Shown here piece after piece: positions 1 through 12,126 of a stretch of 64,000 nt of DNA (positions are counted from its first letter, which is position 1; every line of letters begins with the position of its first letter). The position numbers and the translations under genes are program-made. Source of the DNA: Octopus sinensis. Taxonomy: Eukaryota. The stretch is from NCBI RefSeq assembly GCF_006345805.1, contig NC_043017.1, forward strand, positions 29,698,001 through 29,762,000, written 5' to 3'. A model generated the notes under the pieces. The model saw only the letters and a program-made list of their open reading frames with translations, ran no database searches and had not been told where the DNA came from.

Positions 1-1240
1 TGCAGCAGATAGATAATGGAATCAAATTACCTAGTTCATTGGCGCTTCTTTGTGAATATACCTATTAACGGAACAATATTCTTATAGAAAACCCTTTTTT
101 ATGGAACAAATGTTGTTGCTATGTAAAATGATGCCTACATAAGAAAGGTCAAAACAACATTATAAATATCTTTTCTAATACGTGCGTGCATTTCTTACGT
201 TTTCTTTCCAAGAACTTGCAATATTCATATACGGTATTTATGCAGGATAATCGAACATAAAGATAATGGCAAAGAAACCAGTAACTTTTTAATTCTTCCA
301 TATAATAGTAACAAAGTAACATTCCATTTATTGCCTGCATGCTTGTAATAAAAAGCTATGGACTTTGTGTGAAAATACATTCAACGATCTTTTTACATTT
401 ATTTTTTCATGAATAGAAGTGACGTCTTACAGAGATGAAAAGATCGTAAATATTAATGTAAAGGAATACAAATAAAACCACCTTACTTCGCCTTGCTAAT
501 AGCGAAAAAACTATTTATGGCATTCACCGATTAGTTTGTTTGGAATTTAGCTAATAACGAGTTGAATCACAGCAGTGTTTCAGCAAGGAATAATTTGTAG
601 TACAATATGAACAGTATGACAAATAAGTAGGCCTTTAGAGCGTAGCATATTACACACACACAGACACACGTATACTTCATAAAATATATAGATGTATGTA
701 GATATGTGTGTGTGTGTCGATGTATTTGTTATATTTCTAGAAAGTTGATTATTGCTACAATGTTTTATCTCACGAATTGTCGGAGTACGCGAGGACTTCA
801 AAGGACAATATTCGGAACATCACAAACGACATACTCTCTGATATAATAAATATATATTTTGCCCTACTATGTAACAAGATTGAAGTAAATATTGTATCCA
901 AATATATAAATTTTTTCTCCATAAGTTATTTTACATATTGTCTGAGCCAGAAGACATTTTGCATCTATCTCATTACTCGTTCGGTTTTATGTTCTGTTAC
1001 CAACGTATCGTACACATTTTTCTTGTCATTGATCGATTTTTTGAGATCTGGACTGAGCAACTTGCAAGTCTAATATGTTGAGGCTACTCTTGGAATGAAG
1101 AATACTCTTGTAAGTGCCAGAAGTGTACTGATTTCCAACAGTCAACTGATCTAGGAATCATACTTGTACACGTCCGTATATGCAGCAGCTTCGACTTCCA
1201 CCATGTCGACCTTTTGTGTTAGCATCTGCAATGCTATTTG

Positions 1241-1380
1241 AAACAAACAGATGTATTAGTATAACGCCCAGGAATAGAAAAAGTCTTTTCCGTTTCGAGC
1301 CTACGCTCTACTACAGAAAGGGTCACAGAAAACAAGGAGAGAAACAACGAGAGAAAAAAATGTGTATAGTGGCTAACGAT
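1241..1380 (-). mobile_element. Short interspersed repeat family H1 (probable Penelope-like pLTR remnant), copy 1
   Basis: AAACAGATGTATTAGT...GTTTCGAGCCT.CGCTCT..ACAGAAAGG is shared with 27600-27770 and 49680-49812 and carries a hammerhead-like motif on the minus strand. Confidence 0.65.
1285..1320 (-). ncRNA. Degenerate minimal type I hammerhead-like motif (H1)
   Basis: Minus strand reads CTTT-CTGTAGTA-GAGC-GTAG-GCTC-GAAAC-GG-A-AAAG; stems I and II pair, core has A6>U plus copy-specific changes. Confidence 0.4.
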
Positions 1381-1392
1381 CTATCATGGCGT

Positions 1393-1428
<36 letters not shown>

Positions 1429-1569
1429 CCTTGTGTTTCTATGCTTATGAGAGTAATTAAGTATATGTATGCGTGTTTGAACGCATATCTTTTCCCCTTT
1501 TAAAATTTCATCCATTACACCTCGGAAATAATAGATTTCTCCCTGGTGGATTTTAGTTGGTCATATCGG

Positions 1570-1880
1570 AGGAAGCCTAGTCTCTTTACCGAACCACTGA
1601 GCGACGTCAATGCAATAAGAAATCGATGGACGGACACACACTACGAAACGTACGTACCATAAGAAATACACACCTATAGAGACGCGTACACACACACACA
1701 CACAAATACACACATTTACGACTGGATTCTGTGCAGTTTTGTTAAATCAGATTCAATTATAAGCCACCGGTCTGCTCAAGACTCGTCCGCAGCATTAGAC
1801 TAAGACAGCAGACAACGGGTCTGAAACCAGTCTCATATGGTTGGGAATCATGCATCCTAAACACACATTGCTCTATACGC
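1570..1880 (-). mobile_element. Highly decayed SINE family A copy
   Basis: Patchy similarity to family A (ACCGAACCACTGAGC, internal CA tract, ATATGGTTGGGA near the head). Confidence 0.45.
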
Positions 1881-2885
1881 TTATTTAAATTGTATATGAC
1901 AGCACTGTGTCTCAATTTGGAAAGGATATGTAAGAAGAAAGCTCAAATTGAGTATTCATCTGGATTAGAACTCAGAAAAGGCATCTTAAAGGTGATGGTA
2001 CACGTGTTGTGAGCGATATGATATTGAATTAAAAAGCAAAACAAGCGAAACTGAATAAAGCCTTCTTTACTCTAACCTCACGAGGATAACAAACTGTTTC
2101 TTCATACATAATTTTTTAGCATTAACGATTCTACTTTATTTGTATACACATAAATCACACACACACTCGCATATATATATATATGGTTGCATGCAATATG
2201 GTATAGATTAAGAAACAACGTATCTAGCAGTTGATGTTCGTTATATAGTCTATATATTTGTAGTTCATGGTTTAGAATCCCTTTGGTTCGTGCTATCATG
2301 TCGAGTATCGGAGATTGTAAAATTTCTCGATAATGTTCTTAGTTCGCGTTTTTTCCTTTGTATTATAATTTCAGGACCACAACGTACTTTATCGGATTAA
2401 ATTCTTTGTTTTATAGGTTGTGTTTTGTAAGAATAAATTAATACTAATCGTTTAATTCGATGTTGTTTCTTGTACTAATAGGCAGCTGTTGGCCAAATGG
2501 GACGTACTACGCTAATATTGTTGTTCTGTTGATCACTGTCGATTCTCAAACAAGATATGTATTTTTAACGCTGTTGACACGGCTTGGTTGAATGGTAATA
2601 TGTAGGTATCGAAATCATAGTGGTAGCTGTTTGGCAGCTGATGGTGGGAATGCATGTTTGTTGTGCTAGTAGAAAGTGTTCGTGTATTCAGGATTTTTAA
2701 AGTTTCCTTATATTGACATTGGAAGATGTTCTTTGTTGAACATATTTTAGACTTGGATAATGCTTATAAGTGGCTAGCTTGGGAGTTTTCTGAAGCATGT
2801 GAGTATATGCATCCGTGTGTATGTATGTATCTGTATATATGTATGTATGTATGAATGCATGTATGTATGTATGTATGTATGCTTA

Positions 2886-3130
2886 TCTTTTATTTTTCAC
2901 TTGTTTCAATCATTAGACTAAGGCCACGCTGGGGCATCGCCTTAAATAATTTTGATCTAACGCATCGATCCCGTGGTTTGTTGCTTTAAAGCCTGTTACT
3001 TATTCTATCGGTGTCTTCAGTCGAAATGATTCGTTACAGGGACGAAAACACACCAACACCGGTTGGCAAGCAGTGGCAGGGACAAATACAGACACAAGCA
3101 CACACGCACAGATACACAAACAAACTCATA
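2886..3130 (-). mobile_element. SINE family A, 3' half
   Basis: CACTTGTTTCAATCATTAGACTAAGGCCACGCTGGGGCATCGCCTT is the reverse complement of the family A tail; TTATTCTATCGGT motif present. Confidence 0.8.
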
Positions 3131-3200
3131 TATACACACATACCATTATATATGTGTATATACAGGTATAGGCATGTATACGAATATATACATATAAATG

Positions 3201-3235
<35 letters not shown>

Positions 3236-3396
3236 GCAGGCGTGGCAGTGTAGCAAGAAGTGTGTTTCCCAACCACATGGTTCTGGGTACAATGCCACTG
3301 CGTGGCACCTTGGGTAAGTGTCTTCTACTATAGCCTCGGGCCGACCATAGACTTGTGAGTGGATTTAGTAGATGGAAACTGAAAGAAGTCCGTCAG

Positions 3397-3427
<31 letters not shown>

Positions 3428-3573
3428 TGTCCCCCGCACCCTCTTTTGACAACCAATGTCGGTGTTCTTACGCCCCCGTAAATGGGCTTACAAAGAATAA
3501 GTCCTAGGGCCGATTCGTTCGAATAAAATAGGTGCTCCAGAATGACCAAAACTAACTGACTGAAACCAGTAAA
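3236..3573 (+). mobile_element. SINE family A (tRNA head, CORE-like motif, internal TA microsatellite)
   Basis: A/B-box-like head, GGCACCTTGGGTAAGTGTCTTCTACTATAGCCTCGGGCCGACC, tail GGTGCTCCAG...GACTGAAAC; colinear with 38705-39072 and 48116-48492. Confidence 0.9.
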
Positions 3574-4650
3574 CGTGTGTATATATATATATATATATAT
3601 AAATTCCTTGTGTTTTCGTTTCAAGATCGCCTGAATATGCAAAAATTATGGTTGTACCAACTTTATAATAATCCAACGACTTCGTAACACCCTTAAAAAG
3701 GACACGCACGATTATCTCAGAAGAAATAAATATCATTTGGGTTAAGCATACTTGAAAAAATTCTTCCATCATTTAATTTAGGCTTGCTCCTCTTAAGAGA
3801 ATCCTGTAGTCAAATTTATTAGCGTGCCGATATTATTCTGTCTTGCACCATATAGGGAGGACAAAATAAGGTCTATTTTAAGAATTTAATTTCGAAAATT
3901 CATTAGCACAGAACCGCGTTCTGCGGCTGTCGAACATATAAACAATTATTGCTGCAAGACGCTTAAGTTATAAAACACAGAGCCAATGACATAGAAAGAA
4001 GGAAAATAATTTTTTAATGTTAAAAAGAAAATAAAGATAAAATAAAAGAAACAATAGAAAAACCAAAATATTCTTGAATTAGTCACTTTCAATTGTATTT
4101 TTAATACTACAGAAATAAATGTTTGTTTTGATTAAATTGATTTTCTTGTTTAGTTGTTTATTGTTCGTGTTTTGAGGTTTGAATTATTTTAAAAATAAAT
4201 AGATTATTATTAATGATATATTTTTATGGGGTTTTTTTTCTGTATTGTTTTGAAATTTTCCATTAACCTGGTTGATCGACTTAGGTGTTTTCTTTGCAAA
4301 TACGAACTGGCTTGGTTTTAATAGACGTTTTCGGCACACACCGCACACACACACACACACACACACCTTCGTGTGTGAGTGCGTGTATCTGTGCTTGTGC
4401 AAATATATACATTTGCTATATATATATGCATACATATATACACATATGCATATATATGTATATATGTACACATACATTCATGCCTATATATATGTATATA
4501 TATATATATATATATGCATATATATATGTACAGATATATATATATATATTAAATTAACCTATACATATGTATAATGTGTGTGCGTGTGTGTACGTGTATA
4601 TATACGCATAGATATATACACAAATACATACACATATATATATATATATA

Positions 4651-4707
4651 CGTACACACGCACCAACATAACGTATACATATGTATACGTTAATTTAATA
4701 TACATAT

Positions 4708-4766
<59 letters not shown>

Positions 4767-5151
4767 CTGCATGAATGTATAAGGATAAAGAGAGAGAATG
4801 ACAGCGTGAGAGAAGGAATAAATTAACTTTTCGTCAATACCAAATATTTTTTGTCTGTTAGGACAATAATTTTACTCAATATCTCTAATTAGGGAAAACC
4901 TTGAAAATGTGTTTGACGAGACAGCAACAAATAAGTGAAACTAAAAACAAAAAAACTAATAGACAAGAATCTATTTATTTATAAAAGAGAACATTGATTC
5001 GTTATCCTTGGTTTATACTAGCTTACATGAATTGCTATATATTCCTCCTATATATGCATATATATATATATTATATATATATATATATATACGTACACAC
5101 GCACCACCATAACGTATACATATGTATACGTTAATTTAATATACATATATA

Positions 5152-5211
<60 letters not shown>

Positions 5212-5505
5212 CTGCATGAATGTATAAGGATAAGAGAGAGAATGACAGCGTGAGAGAAGGAATAAATTTACTTTTCGTCAATACCAATATTTTTTGTCTG
5301 TTAGGACAATAATTTTACTCAATATCTCTAATTAGGGAAAACCTTGAAAATGTGTTTGACGAGACAGCAACAAATAAGTGAAAATAAAAACAAAAAAAAC
5401 TAATAGACAAGAAATCTATTTATTTATAAAAGAGAACATTGATTCGTTATCCTTGGTTTATACTAGCTTACATGAATTGCTATATATTCCTCCTATATAT
5501 GCATA
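4651..5505 (+). repeat. Near-identical ~440-bp tandem duplication (4651-5060 and 5092-5505)
   Basis: Unique sequence GTCTGCATGAATGTATAAGG...ATTCCTCCTATATATGC occurs twice and differs mostly in homopolymer lengths. Confidence 0.95.
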
Positions 5506-5817
5506 TATATATATGTATGATTGTATGTATGTATATATATAATATATGATTGTATGTATGTATGTATTTATATATATATATATATATATATGATTGTATA
5601 TATATATATGTATGATTGTATGTATGTATGTATTATTTATATATATATAATATATATATATATTGTATGTATGTATGTATTTATATATATATATTATATA
5701 TATGATTGTATGTATGTATGTATTTATATTATATATATATGATTGTATGTATGTATTATTTATATATATATGATTGTATGTATGTATGCATATATTATAT
5801 ATATATATATATATATC

Positions 5818-5857
<40 letters not shown>

Positions 5858-5886
5858 GACAGATGGGCATGTAGGTAGATGATATA

Positions 5887-5920
<34 letters not shown>

Positions 5921-5945
5921 ATATATATGTATATATATATGTATG
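5506..5945. repeat. Compound (TA)n/(TATG)n/(TG)n microsatellite
   Basis: Direct reading. Confidence 0.95.
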
Positions 5946-6286
5946 AATTGCTTCGGTAGATATATGATATTGCATCGCGATTTTGATTGAAACACGAGTT
6001 CAATATTGCGTTGCTGCTAAGAACACCTGGATTCCCTGAAGAATCCAATGAAAGGGTATCTTCTCATGATTAACTAGGCATGTAGTGGAAGAGAGGAATT
6101 GTGGTATCGATGTTTTTTTCCATGTAATCTTATGACAAGCAGCTGGTTCGTAGTGTCGTCAGAATGTAACGTAATACGTAAGTTGACTTCTGACGCTCTT
6201 TGCTTTGAATTCCAATCTCGCGGACATCAACGTTGGCCTGTTAACATTCGACATCGATTCATAAAGTACCAGCCTATCTCGTTCTC

Positions 6287-6289
<3 letters not shown>

Positions 6290-6327
<38 letters not shown>

Positions 6328-6545
6328 CTGTATGTATCTATCTATCTAGCTAGCTAACTACCTATCTATCTAACTATCTATCTATCTAGCTAACTACCTA
6401 TCTATCTATTTAACGACCTACCTACATATCTACCAACCTATCTATCTAACTACCATCTATCTATCTACCTATCTATCTATCTAACTACCTATCTATCTAC
6501 CTACCTACCTACCTACCTACCTACCAACCTACCTACCTACCTGTC
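6290..6545. repeat. (TA)n followed by (TATC)n/(TACC)n tetranucleotide microsatellite
   Basis: Direct reading. Confidence 0.95.
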
Positions 6546-7443
6546 TGTGTCTGTCGATCTTTCTGTCCGTCTCTATCCGTGTGTTATTCATGAAAAATAT
6601 CGCCATGCCCTCCACATATCCAATACTTTGATGACAATTCGTTGCTTCTCTAAGGGTTAAAGATGCAAAATAGATTTGGCGATGGGTGTTAGCATTTTCT
6701 TATTTTCTGCACTTAATCAATGAATATTATAAACAGATAACAATGCGCAACTGACATGCCTTCGTCATGCATTTCTGAATAAAAGCAGTAAAAAAAAATG
6801 CATTTAAGACGTTCGCCAAATGGAAGAGGGAATGTTTAACCGTTATAACCGGGATTTTAGTTAGTCGAACTTTCCCATGCTTGTTTGCGTTAGGTTTTTT
6901 CCTCTATGTTATCATGTTGTTTTTTTTTGTTGTGTGTGTTGCTATCCACCATATCGTTGGCAAGTTGAGTAGCAACAAAACAGCAATTAACTGAGAAGGA
7001 TTCTGATCAAGATGCATTCCGAATTCGGACGACTAACATTTTTTTCAAGCATCCTCTATTTAGTGCCACACTATATTATCCAGAGTAAACTCTGCATGGT
7101 AAGAAGATAGGATGTTTTTCGAGAATGTTTCATGACTTTATCATATATCTTCTAAAATCTCCTTTCGTGTTTTCGAGAAAAAAATTGGCTGATATGAAGT
7201 GTTTACGTTCCTATGATTGTTAGCTTGGTTTCCCCCTTGCGAAAACCGATTATCAAATGCCAAATCACATTGATAGATACCATAGCCTCCTGAAGAAAAA
7301 CAACTTTAGAAAATTTCCATTATTTCATGAGCACAAATCCGATTCGCTTCTACACGTATCGAAAGAAATAACAGGCGATATTGGCCCATTTCAGAATATA
7401 TAAACTTCCCAATGCTTGTACATCATCATCATTATTATTATTA

Positions 7444-7661
7444 TTGGGTGCGAGAGAAGTGCATGCAATCAAAGTGACATGCGAAACCCGGTATACCCTT
7501 GATTACCCGTCTGATAAGGGTAAACCAGGCACATGCATCACAACTATATATGTGCGACATGATGATCTCATATCACGATAAACAGCGCATGACCTTGTAG
7601 GTGGGGCCCAGTCAGAATTTTCTTCAGGTCGAGTAGCCCATCCCGCTCAAAAAAGTCCCTG
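7444..7661 (-). mobile_element. 3' part of (AAT)n-tailed repeat family E
   Basis: Reverse complement of ~46450-46679 (TTTTGAGCGGGATGG.TACTCGACC.GAAGAAAATTCT...CTCACTCAA), followed by an (AAT)n tail. Confidence 0.85.
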
Positions 7662-8115
7662 GAGTCGTTGGGAGGCCGGAAAAAAGCTGCTTAGCAAAAT
7701 TTCGTTCGTCTTTATACTATTAGTTCAAAAATCCTCTGAAGATAACGTTACCTCTTATACCTTTCGGGGGTCGATGATATAAGTACCAGTTACGCACTGG
7801 GGTTGATGTAATTGACTTGTAGCCTCCCCCCAAAAGTTCAGGCTTTGTATCTATGTATATATAGAATAGGATTATTATTATCATCATCATCATTATAATC
7901 ATCATCATCATCATCATCATTATTACTATGAATAATAATAATAATAATAATAATAATGCGGCAAGCTGGCAGGAACGATAGCACGCCGGGCTAAATCTTT
8001 AAATTCTGATTTCAAATTCTGCCGAAGTCAGTTTTGGCTTTCATTCTTGCGGGGTCGATGATGTAAGTACTACATTAGGGGCTAATGTAATCGACTATCC
8101 CCTTTTCCCGAAACT
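7662..8115 (+). mobile_element. Two decayed head-to-tail SINE family B copies separated by (ATT/ATC/AAT)n
   Basis: CCTTTCGGGG.TCGAT...AAGTACCAGTTACGCACTGGGG.TGATGTAAT.GACT core present twice. Confidence 0.8.
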
Positions 8116-8237
8116 GTACGTATTAAAAATTTTTTGCTATAACTGTACGTATTAAACATTTTTTGCTATAACTCTCTAAAAATGCTTTATAGTTATTTCC
8201 CTTACAAACCCGAGCAACGCCGGGTGTTACTGCAAGT
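8115..8237 (+). mobile_element. 3' fragment of non-autonomous Helitron-like element
   Basis: TTTTGCTATAACTCTCTAAAAATGCTTTATAGTTATTTCCCTTACAAACCCGAGCAACGCCGGG matches the 3' end of 11105-11474. Confidence 0.85.
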
Positions 8238-8252
8238 ATTAAATAAAACGTT

Positions 8253-8328
8253 AAGGCGGCGAGCAGGTGGGATCGTTTGAATGTCTGGCAAAATGCTTAA
8301 CATTCATCTTTACGTTCTTAGTTCAAAT
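8253..8328 (+). mobile_element. SINE family B head fragment
   Basis: AAGGCGGCGAGC...TACGTTCTTAGTTCAAATT; shares private variants with 10156-10230. Confidence 0.75.
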
Positions 8329-8589
8329 TAGAAATGATCATTATTATCAATATCATCGTTATTATTATAATTGTCATCATTATTATTATTATGATTATTA
8401 TTGTTATCTTCCTTAGATTGCTAATACATACAAGTGAATTTATTCCTTTATATCATACATGAGAACTTGACCTTCGTGGTTTATTCTTTTCATTGTTGTA
8501 TACAATTCCAATCAATTCATAATTTCCATGAATATTTCTCAAGCAATTTGACGAAAATACCAGGTTAAGACAAATTATGATATACAGTT

Positions 8590-8672
8590 CGAGAGCGTGT
8601 GTGGTTTGTTAGTTCATGTGTACACACACACATACAAACACATGCACACTCTCAAACACACATATGTATGCA

Positions 8673-8705
<33 letters not shown>

Positions 8706-8851
8706 GTATATTTATATGTATATATATATTATGTATATTTATATGTATATATATATATATATATATATGTATATTATATATATATATATATTTATATGTA
8801 TATATATATATGTATATTTATATTGTATATTATATATATATATATGTATAT

Positions 8852-8896
<45 letters not shown>

Positions 8897-8950
8897 TTAT
8901 ATGTATATATATATATGTATATTATATGTGTATATATATATATGTATATT

Positions 8951-8982
<32 letters not shown>

Positions 8983-9078
8983 GTATATTTATATATATAT
9001 ATATATGTATATTTATATATATATGTATATTTATATATATATGTATATTTATATATATATATGTATATATATATGTAT
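8590..9078. repeat. Compound (CA)n/(TG)n/(TA)n-(TATTTA) microsatellite
   Basis: Direct reading. Confidence 0.95.
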
Positions 9079-9827
9079 ACACGGTTGCGTGCCATAGTAT
9101 CAAGTGTGCAGCTGTGTTCGGGGTTAAACTTTTTATTAAAGTTTCTTCATAACTCCTAATTAGTCTCTTTCCAACAATAAGATAACTAAACCCGAGAACA
9201 TTTCAAGACCTTTGACCTTCGACCTTCTGGGTGTCGCCTTCTTAATCCGCTGACCAACCGTGTGGAAATCTTTCTGAAGTACTAGAAAAGTTTTAACTCA
9301 ATAACTGAAGTTAACTTGTGGGTATATTAGTACGATAAGTATTGGAATTACAATTTCAATGAATGAGATAATATAGCGCTGAAAAGAAATAACGAAAATA
9401 ATAATATGGCTTTGAGAGATGACGTGAATAATATTTATTACTTTAGCCTCTATCGTGTTGTTAAGTAGGTTCAGTAATAAAGAGTTTAATTAATTGTCAT
9501 AAGAAGGATTTTAATATAAGTTCTTTGTATGAATGTTGATGTCTTAGTAAAGAATTTTACAACAGACGAAATGAATCACAGATTGACAATCACAATTTAT
9601 GATATACGCTGTCTAAAGGAAAGAAACATTAAATTCAAGATACAAATTTATTTTAGCTTGGAAATTTCTAAATGCCTTCGACTGTCCCGTGAGTGCGTAT
9701 AAGAGCGTTCGCATGACCACTCTTCGAATTATGCTTATACAAATTCTTGTCTGTGATTGTGTAATTTTAAATATATAGTTTCCTAAGACTCATTTAACTT
9801 ACAGCATTACTTTACTAGTCTACAGTG

Positions 9828-10102
9828 GAGGCGCAATGGCCCAGTGGTTAGGGCAGCAGATCCCTGCTGTACTCTTTCACCACAACTTTCTCTCACTCTT
9901 ACTTCCTGTTTCTGTTGTACCTGTATTTCAAAGGGCCGACCTTGTCACTCTCTGTGTCACGCTGAATATCCCCGAGAACTACGTTAAGGGTGCACGTGTC
10001 TGTGGAGTGCTCAGCCACTTACACGTTAATTTCACGAGCAGGCTGTTCCGTTGATTCGGATCAACCGGAACCCTCATCGTCGTAACCGACGGAGTGCTTC
10101 CA
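9828..10102 (+). mobile_element. SINE family D with internal deletion removing the B box
   Basis: Colinear with the reverse complement of 50153-50534 except for a gap of ~110 bp; flanked by an 11-bp TSD CTAG(T/A)CTACAG. Confidence 0.9.
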
Positions 10103-10155
10103 CTAGACTACAGATTGCACTATCAGAATGTGAAAGTAATATTAAATAAAAGGTT

Positions 10156-10620
10156 AAGGCGGCGAGCAGGTGGGATCGTTTGAACGCCTGGCAAAATGCT
10201 AAACATTCATCTTTACGTTCTTAGTTCACATTCTGCCGAGGTCACCTTTGTCTTTCATGCTCTCAGGATCGATAAAATACCTATTTCTTTACTACCCACA
10301 AGGGGTTAAACACAGAGAGGACAAACAAGGACAGACAAACGGATTAAGTCGATTATATCGACCCCAGTGCGTAATTGGTACTTATTTAATCGACCCCGAA
10401 AGGATGAAAGGCAAAGTCAACCTCGGCGGAATTTGAACTCAGAACGTAGCGGCAGACGAAATACCGCTAAGCATTTCGCCCGGTGTGCTAACGTTTCTGC
10501 CAGCTCGCCGCCTTCAGGATCGATAAAATAACTACCACTTAATCACTGGAGTAGATGTAGTCGACTTATCTCATCCCCAAAATTACTAGAACTGTGCCAA
10601 AATTTGTAATCAATATTAGG
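10156..10620 (+). mobile_element. Old SINE family B copy interrupted by a nested insertion
   Basis: Head at 10156-10279; the core resumes at 10514 after the duplicated site TCAGGATCGATAAAATA. Confidence 0.85.
10280..10514 (-). mobile_element. Young full-length SINE family B (tRNA head, central domain resembling the Meta/MESC SINE domain)
   Basis: Minus strand AAGGCGGCGAGCTGGCAG...GTTCTGAGTTCAAATTCCGCC...GCCTTTCATCCTTTCGGGGTCGAT; 17-bp TSD; near-identical to 41736-41945 and 56480-56706. Confidence 0.93.
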
Positions 10621-11104
10621 TGAAAACAACGATTTGGTTTCCTTGAGCAAACATATAAACCAAGTTTTCACAGCTGCCATTATCAGTTACGTCTTGGTTA
10701 GCCTGAGTAAACCAGTGTCTAAAAGCATTGATACTACGACAAACATGTCCTTATTTTACAATTGCCAGATAAGGGGCATACATCAAACTATGTTCGCTTT
10801 ATATTTAAAGCAGTAATAAATAAGTTGAAGAAAGATTCCTGCATTTTCTTGAATGATAGGTGACATTGTATGAGCAGTGTATTTAAATATATATATATAT
10901 AACATAGAAATCATGTATGTACAAATAGGTAAAGTGTGTTTATATAATGGCCTACACGAAATCTAGACCAGTATATTGAAAAGTGTATTACATAAAGCGC
11001 ATTGCATAAGAATACCCGCTAACCCGTTCGCTAAACACACACATACGAATATATCAAGAAATATTTGTATGTGAATATACAGAGTGAAGACGTGTGATTA
11101 TATA

Positions 11105-11473
11105 TCTCTCTATATATAAACGGCAGTTTGTCTGTGCGTGTTTCTGTGTGTCTGTTTTCTCGTACCCTCACCCTGACCATGGCTTTCAACCGATTCTGAT
11201 GAAACTTGACACACACATAGCCCAATGTCATAATTCAAAACTAACGCAGCGAAAATTTTGAAAAGTTCCCCCAGTTCTGAAAAAAATCGATAAATTCGAC
11301 ATGGGGTCGAGAATCAGAAACACAAACCGCAAACTGTCTAGGGGACGCAACTCCACCTTTTTTCACTCTAAAAAAAATTTACCATTTTTTTGCTATTTTT
11401 TGGCTATAACTCTCTAAAAATGCTTTATAGTTATTTCCCTTACAAACCTGAGCAACGCCGGGCGATACTGCTA

Positions 11474-11474
<1 letters not shown>
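11105..11474 (+). mobile_element. Non-autonomous Helitron-like element
   Basis: 5' TC..TATATATAAA, subterminal CCTGAGCAACGCCGGG hairpin, 3' CTAG, inserted between A and T with no TSD; second copy at 30103-30458. Confidence 0.85.
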
Positions 11475-11547
<73 letters not shown>

Positions 11548-12077
11548 TATATAGATACATGCACACATAAATAGATAGGTAGATAGAGGAATTGATTGCT
11601 GGATAGATATACTTAGATAAATAATATTACGTCATTACGTTTTTAATATGTAATATGTTAGGATGAAACTTCAGAAGTCTAGTAGCGATTCACTTGTGTT
11701 ATAAACTAACATGCGATTCAATAAGTAAAAAAACAAATAAGTGTATGAGAACTTTTCAGAAGCTCTCATATGTAGACATCTCACGATTTGGAATAGACTC
11801 ACTTCTTATTTGAACAGAGTTTGCAATATTATTGATAAGTATTCTCCTTCAAGGCCCAAAGGGAGATATAAACCAATGCTTCGATTTAGATTATATAGAT
11901 TTTATATAATATATGTAATCATTTGACCAATACTGAGGTCTACTTAAAACATGTCGAATATTATTCTAGGCCGGAAGCAAAGACAGAGTAAGTTTAGCTA
12001 TGAATGGGTTTATAATCCACGTAACCGAACTGTAATCATTTCGCCATTTTCAATACATACATACATACATCATATAT

Positions 12078-12126
<49 letters not shown>

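Noticed and set aside
2200-2800. Possible very old Penelope RT remnant (ILPFNQA on the minus strand)
   Set aside because: Single weak motif, with no colinear second motif
8597-9159. Long ORFs rich in Y/I/H/T/M/C/V (also 12848-13535, 22410-22933, 53283-53764, 61546-62147 and many others)
   Set aside because: They are translations of TA/CA/TATG microsatellites, which lack stop codons in several frames
9206-9226. GACCTTTGACCTTCGACCTT nuclear-receptor DR1-like site
   Set aside because: Short motif with no functional or conservation evidence
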